This document shows positions 14,420 to 27,950 of a stretch of 64,000 nucleotides of DNA, in pieces. The notes beneath the pieces are model-generated. The model made no database searches and had not been told where the DNA came from. It saw only the letters and a program-made list of their open reading frames with translations. The position numbers and the translations under genes are program-made. This DNA is from Eledone cirrhosa (lineage: Eukaryota), in contig OZ024766.1 in NCBI GenBank assembly GCA_964016885.1, forward strand, positions 13,268,001 through 13,332,000, in the 5' to 3' direction. Position 1 is the first letter of the stretch; each line of letters opens with the position of its first letter.

Positions 14420-17400
14420 AATACCATGACTTAAATGAATTCTCACCAACATTGGAGTTACTTCTGACAGCTAGTACCATGAACTTAAATGAATTCTCAC
14501 CAACAGTGGAGTTACTTCTGACAGCTAGAACCATGAACTTAAATGAATTCTCACCAACATTGGAGTTACTTCTGACAACTAATACCATGACTTAAATGAA
14601 TTCTCACCAACAGTGGAGTTACTTCTGACAGCTAATACCATGAACTTAAATGAATTCTCACCAACAGTGGAGTTACTTCTGACAACTAGTACCATGAACT
14701 TAAATGAATTCTCACCAACAGTGGAGTTACTTCTGACAGCTAATACCATGAACTTAAATGAATTCTCACCAACAGTGGAGTTCCTTCTGACAGCTAATAC
14801 CATGAACTTAAATGAATTCTCACCAACAGTGGAGTTACTTCTGACAGCTAATACCATGAACTTAAATGAATTCTCACCAACAGTGGCGTTCCTTCTGACA
14901 GCTAATACCATGAACTTAAATGAATTCTCACCAACAGTGGAGTTACTTCTGACAGCTAGTACCATGACTTAGATGAATTCTCACCAACATTGGAGTTCCT
15001 TCTGACAGCTAATACCATGAACTTAAATGAATTCTCACCAACAGTGGAGTTACTTCTGACAGCTAATACCATGAACTTAAATGAATTCTCACCAACAGTG
15101 GAGTTACTTCTGACAGCTAATACCATGAACTTAAATGAATTCTCACCAACATTGGAGTTACTTCTGACAGCTAGTACCATGACTTAAATGAATTCTCACC
15201 AACATTGGAGTTCCTTCTGACAGCTAATACCATGAACTTAAATGAATTCTCACCAACAGTGGAGTTACTTCTGACAGCTAATACCATGAACTTAAATGAA
15301 TTCTCACCAACAGTGGAGTTACTTCTGACAGCTAATACCATGAACTTAAATGAATTCTCACCAACAGTGGAGTTACTTCTGACAGCTAGTACCATGAACT
15401 TAAATGAATTCTCACCAACATTGGAGTTACTTCTGACAACTAACACCAAGACTTAAATGAATTCTCACCAACAGTGGAGTTCCTTCTGACAGCTAATACC
15501 ATGAACTTAAATGAATTCTCACCAACAGTGGAGTTACTTCTGACAGCTAATACCATGAACTTAAATGAATTCTCACCAACAGTGGAGTTACTTCTGACAG
15601 CTAATACCATGAACTTAAATGAATTCTCACCAACATTGGAGTGACTTCTGACAGCTAATACCATGAACTTAAATGAATTCTCACCAACATTGGGGTTACT
15701 TCTGACAGCTAGTACCATGAACTTAAATGAATTCTCACCAACAGTGGAGTGACTTCTGACAGCTAATACCATGAACTTAAATGAATTCTCACCAACATTG
15801 GGGTTACTTCTGACAGCTAGTACCATGAACTTAAATGAATTCTCACCAACAGTGGAGTTACTTCTGACAGCTAATACCATGAACTTAAATGAATTCTCAC
15901 CAACATTTGAGTGACTTCTGACAGCTAATACCATGAACTTAAATGAATTCTCACCAACATTGGGGTTACTTCTGACAGCTAGTACCATGAACTTAAATGA
16001 ATTCTCACCAACAGTGGAGTTACTTCTGACAGCTAATACCATGAACTAAAATGAATTCTCACCAACAGTGGAGTTACTTCTGACAGCTAGTACCATGAAC
16101 TTAAATGAATTCTCACCAACAGTGGAGTTACTTCTGACAGCTAATACCATGAACTTAAATGAATTCTCACCAACATTGGAGTTATTTCTGACAGCTAGTA
16201 CCATGAACTTAAATGAATTCTCACCAACAGTGGAGTTACTTCTGACAGCTAGTACCATGAACTTAAATGAATTCTCACCAACATTGGAGTTACTTCTGAC
16301 AACTAATACCAAGACTTAAATGAATTCTCACCAACAGTGGAGTTCCTTCTGACAGCTAATACCATGAACTTAAATGAATTCTCACCAACAGTGGAGTTAC
16401 TTCTGACAGCTAATACCATGAACTTAAATGAATTCTCACCAACAGTGGCGTTCCTTCTGACAGCTAATACCATGAACTTAAATGAATTCTCACCAACAGT
16501 GGAGTTACTTCTGACAGCTAGTACCATGACTTAAATGAATTCTCACCAACATTGGAGTTCCTTCTGACAGCTAATACCATGAACTTAAATGAATTCTCAC
16601 CAACAGTGGAGTTACTTCTGACAGCTAATACCATGAACTTAAATGAATTCTCACCAACATTGGAGTTACTTCTGACAGCTAATACCATGACTTAAATGAA
16701 TTCTCACCAACAGTGGAGTTCCTTCTGACAGCTAATACCATGAACTTAAATGAATTCTCACCAACATTGGAGTTACTTCTGACAGCTAGTACCATGAACT
16801 TAAATGAATTCTCACCAACAGTGGAGTTCCTTCTGACAGCTAATACCATGAACTTAAATGAATTCTCACCAACATTGGAGTTACTTCTGACAGCTAGTAC
16901 CATGACTTAAATGAATTCTCACCAACATTGGAGTTACTTCTGACAACTAATACCATGACTTAAATGAATTCTCACCAACAGTAGAGTTACTTCTGACGAA
17001 CTAATACCATGAACTTAAATGAATTCTTACCAACAGTGGAGTTACTTCTGACAGCTAGTACCATGAACTTAAATGAATTCTCACCAACAGTGGAGTTCCT
17101 TCTGACAGCTAATACCATGAACTTAAATGAATTCTCACCAACAGTGGAGTTACTTCTGACAGCTAGTACCATGACTTAAATGAATTCTCACCAACAATGG
17201 AGTTACTTCTGACAGCTAATACCATGACTTAAATGAATTCTCACCAACAGTGGAGTTACTTCTGACAGCTAATACCATGAACTTAAATGAATTCTCACCA
17301 ACAGTGGAGTTACTTCTGACAGCTAGAACCATGAACTTAAATGAATTCTCACCAACATTGGAGTTACTTCTGACAACTAATACCATGACTTAAATGAATT

Positions 17401-20400
17401 CTCACCAACAGTGGAGTTACTTCTGACAGCTAATACCATGAACTTAAATGAATTCTCACCAACAGTGGAGTTACTTCTGACAACTAGTACCATGAACTTA
17501 AATGAATTCTCACCAACAGTGGAGTTACTTCTGACAGCTAATACCATGAACTTAAATGAATTCTCACCAACATTGGAGTTACTTCTGACAGCTAGTACCA
17601 TGAACTTAAATGAATTCTCACCAACAGTGGAGTTACTTCTGACAGCTAATACCATGACTTAAATGAATTCTCACCAACATTGGAGTTACTTCTGACAGCT
17701 AGTACCATGAACTTAAATGAATTCTCACCAACAGTGGAGTTACTTCTGACAGCTAGAACCATGAACTTAAATGAATTCTCACCAACATTGGAGTTACTTC
17801 TGACAACTAATACCATGACTTAAATGAATTCTCACCAACAGTGGAGTTACTTCTGACAGCTAATACCATGAACTTAAATGAATTCTCACCAACAGTGGAG
17901 TTACTTCTGACAACTAGTACCATGAACTTAAATGAATTCTCACCAACAGTGGAGTTACTTCTGACAGCTAATACCATGAACTTAAATGAATTCTCACCAA
18001 CAGTGGAGTTCCTTCTGACAGCTAATACCATGAACTTAAATGAATTCTCACCAACAGTGGAGTTACTTCTGACAGCTAATACCATGAACTTAAATGAATT
18101 CTCACCAACAGTGGCGTTCCTTCTGACAGCTAATACCATGAACTTAAATGAATTCTCACCAACAGTGGAGTTACTTCTGACAGCTAGTACCATGACTTAG
18201 ATGAATTCTCACCAACATTGGAGTTCCTTCTGACAGCTAATACCATGAACTTAAATGAATTCTCACCAACAGTGGAGTTACTTCTGACAGCTAATACCAT
18301 GAACTTAAATGAATTCTCACCAACAGTGGAGTTACTTCTGACAGCTAATACCATGAACTTAAATGAATTCTCACCAACATTGGAGTTACTTCTGACAGCT
18401 AGTACCATGACTTAAATGAATTCTCACCAACATTGGAGTTCCTTCTGACAGCTAATACCATGAACTTAAATGAATTCTCACCAACAGTGGAGTTACTTCT
18501 GACAGCTAATACCATGAACTTAAATGAATTCTCACCAACAGTGGAGTTACTTCTGACAGCTAATACCATGAACTTAAATGAATTCTCACCAACAGTGGAG
18601 TTACTTCTGACAGCTAGTACCATGAACTTAAATGAATTCTCACCAACATTGGAGTTACTTCTGACAACTAACACCAAGACTTAAATGAATTCTCACCAAC
18701 AGTGGAGTTCCTTCTGACAGCTAATACCATGAACTTAAATGAATTCTCACCAACAGTGGAGTTACTTCTGACAGCTAATACCATGAACTTAAATGAATTC
18801 TCACCAACAGTGGAGTTACTTCTGACAGCTAATACCATGAACTTAAATGAATTCTCACCAACATTGGAGTGACTTCTGACAGCTAATACCATGAACTTAA
18901 ATGAATTCTCACCAACATTGGGGTTACTTCTGACAGCTAGTACCATGAACTTAAATGAATTCTCACCAACAGTGGAGTGACTTCTGACAGCTAATACCAT
19001 GAACTTAAATGAATTCTCACCAACATTGGGGTTACTTCTGACAGCTAGTACCATGAACTTAAATGAATTCTCACCAACAGTGGAGTTACTTCTGACAGCT
19101 AATACCATGAACTTAAATGAATTCTCACCAACATTTGAGTGACTTCTGACAGCTAATACCATGAACTTAAATGAATTCTCACCAACATTGGGGTTACTTC
19201 TGACAGCTAGTACCATGAACTTAAATGAATTCTCACCAACAGTGGAGTTACTTCTGACAGCTAATACCATGAACTAAAATGAATTCTCACCAACAGTGGA
19301 GTTACTTCTGACAGCTAGTACCATGAACTTAAATGAATTCTCACCAACAGTGGAGTTACTTCTGACAGCTAATACCATGAACTTAAATGAATTCTCACCA
19401 ACATTGGAGTTATTTCTGACAGCTAGTACCATGAACTTAAATGAATTCTCACCAACAGTGGAGTTACTTCTGACAGCTAGTACCATGAACTTAAATGAAT
19501 TCTCACCAACATTGGAGTTACTTCTGACAACTAATACCAAGACTTAAATGAATTCTCACCAACAGTGGAGTTACTTCTGACAGCTAATACCATGACTTAA
19601 ATGAATTCTCACCAACATTGGAGTTACTTCTGACAGCTAGTACCATGAACTTAAATGAATTCTCACCAACAGTGGAGTTACTTCTGACAGCTAGAACCAT
19701 GAACTTAAATGAATTCTCACCAACATTGGAGTTACTTCTGACAACTAATACCATGACTTAAATGAATTCTCACCAACAGTGGAGTTACTTCTGACAGCTA
19801 ATACCATGAACTTAAATGAATTCTCACCAACAGTGGAGTTACTTCTGACAACTAGTACCATGAACTTAAATGAATTCTCACCAACAGTGGAGTTACTTCT
19901 GACAGCTAATACCATGAACTTAAATGAATTCTCACCAACAGTGGAGTTCCTTCTGACAGCTAATACCATGAACTTAAATGAATTCTCACCAACAGTGGAG
20001 TTACTTCTGACAGCTAATACCATGAACTTAAATGAATTCTCACCAACAGTGGCGTTCCTTCTGACAGCTAATACCATGAACTTAAATGAATTCTCACCAA
20101 CAGTGGAGTTACTTCTGACAGCTAGTACCATGACTTAGATGAATTCTCACCAACATTGGAGTTCCTTCTGACAGCTAATACCATGAACTTAAATGAATTC
20201 TCACCAACAGTGGAGTTACTTCTGACAGCTAATACCATGAACTTAAATGAATTCTCACCAACAGTGGAGTTACTTCTGACAGCTAATACCATGAACTTAA
20301 ATGAATTCTCACCAACATTGGAGTTACTTCTGACAGCTAGTACCATGACTTAAATGAATTCTCACCAACATTGGAGTTCCTTCTGACAGCTAATACCATG

Positions 20401-21490
20401 AACTTAAATGAATTCTCACCAACAGTGGAGTTACTTCTGACAGCTAATACCATGAACTTAAATGAATTCTCACCAACAGTGGAGTTACTTCTGACAGCTA
20501 ATACCATGAACTTAAATGAATTCTCACCAACAGTGGAGTTACTTCTGACAGCTAGTACCATGAACTTAAATGAATTCTCACCAACATTGGAGTTACTTCT
20601 GACAACTAACACCAAGACTTAAATGAATTCTCACCAACAGTGGAGTTCCTTCTGACAGCTAATACCATGAACTTAAATGAATTCTCACCAACAGTGGAGT
20701 TACTTCTGACAGCTAATACCATGAACTTAAATGAATTCTCACCAACAGTGGAGTTACTTCTGACAGCTAATACCATGAACTTAAATGAATTCTCACCAAC
20801 ATTGGAGTGACTTCTGACAGCTAATACCATGAACTTAAATGAATTCTCACCAACATTGGGGTTACTTCTGACAGCTAGTACCATGAACTTAAATGAATTC
20901 TCACCAACAGTGGAGTGACTTCTGACAGCTAATACCATGAACTTAAATGAATTCTCACCAACATTGGGGTTACTTCTGACAGCTAGTACCATGAACTTAA
21001 ATGAATTCTCACCAACAGTGGAGTTACTTCTGACAGCTAATACCATGAACTTAAATGAATTCTCACCAACATTTGAGTGACTTCTGACAGCTAATACCAT
21101 GAACTTAAATGAATTCTCACCAACATTGGGGTTACTTCTGACAGCTAGTACCATGAACTTAAATGAATTCTCACCAACAGTGGAGTTACTTCTGACAGCT
21201 AATACCATGAACTAAAATGAATTCTCACCAACAGTGGAGTTACTTCTGACAGCTAGTACCATGAACTTAAATGAATTCTCACCAACAGTGGAGTTACTTC
21301 TGACAGCTAATACCATGAACTTAAATGAATTCTCACCAACATTGGAGTTATTTCTGACAGCTAGTACCATGAACTTAAATGAATTCTCACCAACAGTGGA
21401 GTTACTTCTGACAGCTAGTACCATGAACTTAAATGAATTCTCACCAACATTGGAGTTACTTCTGACAACTAATACCAAGACTTAAATGAA
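14420..21490. repeat. Three near-identical copies of a ~1.9-kb (36-monomer) satellite block
   Basis: The same ORF series (128/74/92/200/88 aa) starts at 14579, 17807 and 19745 (offsets 3228 and 1938). Rare variants GACTTAGATG (~14966, 18194, 20132) and GTTATTTCTG (~16181, 19409, 21347) are shared. Confidence 0.85.
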
Positions 21491-23679
21491 TTCTCACCAA
21501 CAGTGGAGTTCCTTCTGACAGCTAATACCATGAACTTAAATGAATTCTCACCAACATTGGAGTTACTTCTGACAGCTAGTACCATGAACTTAAATGAATT
21601 CTCACCAACAGTGGAGTTACTTCTGACAGCTAATACCATGAACTTAAATGAATTCTCACCAACAGTGGCGTTCCTTCTGACAGCTAATACCATGAACTTA
21701 AATGAATTCTCACCAACAGTGGAGTTACTTCTGACAGCTAGTACCATGACTTAAATGAATTCTCACCAACATTGGAGTTCCTTCTGACAGCTAATACCAT
21801 GAACTTAAATGAATTCTCACCAACAGTGGAGTTACTTCTGACAGCTAATACCATGAACTTAAATGAATTCTCACCAACATTGGAGTTACTTCTGACAGCT
21901 AATACCATGACTTAAATGAATTCTCACCAACAGTGGAGTTCCTTCTGACAGCTAATACCATGAACTTAAATGAATTCTCACCAACATTGGAGTTACTTCT
22001 GACAGCTAGTACCATGAACTTAAATGAATTCTCACCAACAGTGGAGTTCCTTCTGACAGCTAATACCATGAACTTAAATGAATTCTCACCAACATTGGAG
22101 TTACTTCTGACAGCTAGTACCATGACTTAAATGAATTCTCACCAACATTGGAGTTACTTCTGACAACTAATACCATGACTTAAATGAATTCTCACCAACA
22201 GTAGAGTTACTTCTGACGAACTAATACCATGAACTTAAATGAATTCTTACCAACAGTGGAGTTACTTCTGACAGCTAGTACCATGAACTTAAATGAATTC
22301 TCACCAACAGTGGAGTTCCTTCTGACAGCTAATACCATGAACTTAAATGAATTCTCACCAACAGTGGAGTTACTTCTGACAGCTAGTACCATGACTTAAA
22401 TGAATTCTCACCAACAATGGAGTTACTTCTGACAGCTAATACCATGACTTAAATGAATTCTCACCAACAGTGGAGTTACTTCTGACAGCTAATACCATGA
22501 ACTTAAATGAATTCTCACCAACAGTGGAGTTACTTCTGACAGCTAGAACCATGAACTTAAATGAATTCTCACCAACATTGGAGTTACTTCTGACAACTAA
22601 TACCATGACTTAAATGAATTCTCACCAACAGTGGAGTTACTTCTGACAGCTAATACCATGAACTTAAATGAATTCTCACCAACAGTGGAGTTACTTCTGA
22701 CAACTAGTACCATGAACTTAAATGAATTCTCACCAACAGTGGAGTTACTTCTCACAGCTAATACCATGAACTTAAATGAATTCTCACCAACAGTGGAGTT
22801 CCTTCTGACAGCTAATACCATGAACTTAAATGAATTCTCACCAACAGTGGGGTTACTTCTGACAGCTAGTACCATGACTTAAATGAATTCTCACCAACAT
22901 TGGAGTTACTTCTGACAACTAATACCATGACTTAAATGAATTCTCACCAACAGTAGAGTTACTTCTGACGAACTAATACCATGAACTTAAATGAATTCTT
23001 ACCAACAGTGGAGTTACTTCTGACAGCTAGTAGCATGAACTTAAATGAATTCTCACCAACAGTGGAGTTCCTTCTGACAGCTAATACCATGAACTTAAAT
23101 GAATTCTCACCAACAGTGGAGTTACTTCTGACAGCTAGTACCATGACTTAAATGAATTCTCACCAACAATGGAGTTACTTCTGACAGCTAATACCATGAC
23201 TTAAATGAATTCTCACCAACAGTGGAGTTACTTCTGACAGCTAATACCATGAACTTAAATGAATTCTCACCAACAGTGGAGTTACTTCTGACAGCTAGAA
23301 CCATGAACTTAAATGAATTCTCACCAACATTGGAGTTACTTCTGACAACTAATACCATGACTTAAATGAATTCTCACCAACAGTGGAGTTACTTCTGACA
23401 GCTAATACCATGAACTTAAATGAATTCTCACCAACAGTGGAGTTACTTCTGACAACTAGTACCATGAACTTAAATGAATTCTCACCAACAGTGGAGTTAC
23501 TTCTCACAGCTAATACCATGAACTTAAATGAATTCTCACCAACAGTGGAGTTCCTTCTGACAGCTAATACCATGAACTTAAATGAATTCTCACCAAGAGT
23601 GGCGTTCCTTCTGACAGCTAATACCATGAACTTAAATGAATTCTCACCAACAGTGGAGTTACTTCTGACAGCTAGTACC

Positions 23680-26600
23680 ATGACTTAAATGAATTCTCAC
23701 CAACAGTGGAGTTACTTCTGACAGCTAATACCATGAACTTAAATGAATTCTCACCAACAGTGGAGTTACTTCTGACAGCTAATACCATGAACTTAAATGA
23801 ATTCTCACCAACAGTGGAGTTACTTCTGACAGCTAATACCATGAACTTAAATGAATTCTCACCAACATTGGAGTGACTTCTGACAGCTAATACCATGAAC
23901 TTAAATGAATTCTCACCAACATTGGGGTTACTTCTGACAGCTAGTACCATGAACTTAAATGAATTCTCACCAACAGTGGAGTGACTTCTGACAGCTAATA
24001 CCATGAACTTAAATGAATTCTCACCAACATTGGAGTGACTTCTGACAGCTAATACCATGAACTTAAATGAATTCTCACCAACATTGGGGTTACTTCTGAC
24101 AGCTAGTACCATGAACTTAAATGAATTCTCACCAACAGTGGAGTTACTTCTGACAGCTAATACCATGAACTTAAATGAATTCTCACCAACAGTGGAGTTA
24201 CTTCTGACAGCTAGTACCACGAACTTAAATGAATTCTCACCAACAGTGGAGTTACTTCTGACAGCTAATACCATGAACTTAAATGAATTCTCACCAACAT
24301 TGGAGTTACTTCTGACAGCTAGTACCATGAACTTAAATGAATTCTCACCAACAGTGGAGTTACTTCTGACAGCTAGTACCATGAACCTAAATGAATTCTC
24401 ACCAACATTGGAGTTACTTCTGACAACTAATACCAAGACTTAAATGAATTCTCACCAACAGTGGAGTTCCTTCTGACAGCTAATACCATGAACTTAAATG
24501 AATTCTCACCAACATTGGAGTTACTTCTGACAGCTAATACCATGAACTTAAATGAATTCTCACCAACATTGGAGTTACTTCTGACAGCTAGTACCATGAA
24601 CTTAAATGAATTCTCACCAACAGTGGAGTTACTTCTGACAGCTAGTACCATGAACTTAAATGAATTCTCACCAACATTGGAGTTACTTCTGACAACTAAC
24701 ACCAAGACTTAAATGAATTCTCACCAACAGTGGAGTTCCTTCTGACAGCTAATACCATGAACTTAAATGAATTCTCACCAACAGTGGAGTTACTTCTGAC
24801 AGCTAATACCATGAACTTAAATGAATTCTCACCAACAGTGGAGTTACTTCTGACAGCTAATACCATGAACTTAAATGAATTCTCACCAACAGTGGAGTTA
24901 CTTCTGACAGCTAATACCATGAACTTAAATGAATTCTCACCAACATTGGAGTGACTTCTGACAGCTAATACCATGAACTTAAATGAATTCTCACCAACAT
25001 TGGGGTTACTTCTGACAGCTAGTACCATGAACTTACATGAATTCTCACCAACAGTGGAGTGACTTCTGACAGCTAATACCATGAACTTAAATGAATTCTC
25101 ACCAACATTGGAGTGACTTCTGACAGCTAATACCATGAACTTAAATGAATTCTCACCAACATTGGGGTTACTTCTGACAGCTAGTACCATGAACTTAAAT
25201 GAATTCTCACCAACAGTGGAGTTACTTCTGACAGCTAATACCATGAACTTAAATGAATTCTCACCAACAGTGGAGTTACTTCTGACAGCTAGTACCATGA
25301 ACTTAAATGAATTCTCACCAACAGTGGAGTTACTTCTGACAGCTAATACCATGAACTTAAATGAATTCTCACCAACATTGGAGTTACTTCTGACAGCTAG
25401 TACCATGAACTTAAATGAATTCTCACCAACAGTGGAGTTACTTCTGACAGCTAGTACCATGAACTTAAATGAATTCTCACCAACATTGGAGTTACTTCTG
25501 ACAACTAATACCAAGACTTAAATGAATTCTCACCAACAGTGGAGTTCCTTCTGACAGCTAATACCATGAACTTAAATGAATTCTCACCAACATTGGAGTT
25601 ACTTCTGACAGCTAATACCATGAACTTAAATGAATTCTCACCAACATTGGAGTTACTTCTGACAGCTAGTTCCATGAACTTAAATGAATTCTCACCAACA
25701 GTGGAGTTACTTCTGACAGCTAGTACCATGAACTTAAATGAATTCTCACCAACATTGGAGTTACTTCTGACAACTAACACCAAGACTTAAATGAATTCTC
25801 ACCAACAGTGGAGTTACTTCTGACAGCTAATACCATGAACTTAAATGAATTCTCATCAACATTGGAGTTACTTCTGACAGCTAGTACCATGAACTTAAAT
25901 GAATTCTCACCAACAGTGGAGTTACTTCTGACAGCTAATACCATGAACTTAGATGAATTCTCACCAACAGTGGCGTTCCTTCTGACAGCTAATACCATGA
26001 ACTTAAATGAATTCTCACCAACAGTGGAGTTACTTCTGACAGCTAGTACCATGACTTAAATGAATTCTCACCAACATTGGAGTTCCTTCTGACAGCTAAT
26101 ACCATGAACTTAAATGAATTCTCACCAACAGTGGAGTTACTTCTGACAGCTAATACCATGAACTTAAATGAATTCTCACCAACAGTGGAGTTACTTCTGA
26201 CAGCTAATACCATGAACTTAAATGAATTCTCACCAACAGTGGAGTTACTTCTGACAGCTAATACCATGAACTTAAATGAATTCTCACCAACATTGGAGTG
26301 ACTTCTGACAGCTAATACCATGAACTTAAATGAATTCTCACCAACATTGGGGTTACTTCTGACAGCTAGTACCATGAACTTAAATGAATTTTCACCAACA
26401 GTGGAGTGACTTCTGACAGCTAATACCATGAACTTAAATGAATTCTCACCAACATTGGAGTGACTTCTGACAGCTAATATCATGAACTTAAATGAATTCT
26501 CACCAACATTGGGGTTACTTCTGACAGCTAGTACCATGAACTTAAATGAATTCTCACCAACAGTGGAGTTACTTCTGACAGCTAATACCATGAACTTAAA

Positions 26601-27950
26601 TGAATTCTCACCAACAGTGGAGTTACTTCTGACAGCTAGTACCATGAACTTAAATGAATTCTCACCAACAGTGGAGTTACTTCTGACAGCTAATACCATG
26701 AACTTAAATGAATTCTCACCAACATTGGAGTTACTTCTGACAGCTAGTACCATGAACTTAAATGAATTCTCACCAACAGTGGAGTTACTTCTGACAGCTA
26801 GTACCATGAACTTAAATGAATTCTCACCAACATTGGAGTTACTTCTGACAACTAATACCAAGACTTAAATGAATTCTCACCAACAGTGGAGTTCCTTCTG
26901 ACAGCTAATACCATGAACTTAAATGAATTCTCACCAACATTGGAGTTACTTCTGACAGCTAATACCATGAACTTAAATGAATTCTCACCAACATTGGAGT
27001 TACTTCTGACAGCTAGTACCATGAACTTAAATGAATTCTCACCAACAGTGGAGTTACTTCTGACAGCTAGTACCATGAACTTAAATGAATTCTCACCAAC
27101 ATTGGAGTTACTTCTGACAACTAACACCAAGACTTAAATGAATTCTCACCAACAGTGGAGTTCCTTCTGACAGCTAATACCATGAACTTAAATGAATTCT
27201 CACCAACAGTGGAGTTACTTCTGACAGCTAATACCATGAACTTAAATGAATTCTCACCAACAGTGGAGTTACTTCTGACAGCTAATACCATGAACTTAAA
27301 TGAATTCTCACCAACAGTGGAGTTACTTCTGACAGCTAATACCATGAACTTAAATGAATTCTCACCAACATTGGAGTGACTTCTGACAGCTAATACCATG
27401 AACTTAAATGAATTCTCACCAACATTGGGGTTACTTCTGACAGCTAGTACCATGAACTTAAATGAATTCTCACCAACAGTGGAGTGACTTCTGACAGCTA
27501 ATACCATGAACTTAAATGAATTCTCACCAACATTGGAGTGACTTCTGACAGCTAATACCATGAACTTAAATGAATTCTCACCAACATTGGGGTTACTTCT
27601 GACAGCTAGTACCATGAACTTAAATGAATTCTCACCAACAGTGGAGTTACTTCTGACAGCTAATACCATGAACTTAAATGAATTCTCACCAACAGTGGAG
27701 TTACTTCTGACAGCTAGTACCATGAACTTAAATGAATTCTCACCAACAGTGGAGTTACTTCTGACAGCTAATACAATGAACTTAAATGAATTCTCACCAA
27801 CATTGGAGTTACTTCTGACAGCTAGTACCATGAACTTAAATGAATTCTCACCAACAGTGGAGTTACTTCTGACAGCTAGTACCATGAACTTAAATGAATT
27901 CTCACCAACATTGGAGTTACTTCTGACAACTAACACCAAGACTTAAATGA
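23680..27950. repeat. Second 20-mer (1078 bp) higher-order repeat region, a paralogous copy of 6.3-12.5 kb
   Basis: 272-aa minus ORFs lie at 24696, 26043 and 27121. Offsets 24427->25505 and 26043->27121 are 1078 bp. Rare variants are shared with the 6-12.5 kb region in the same order. Confidence 0.8.
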
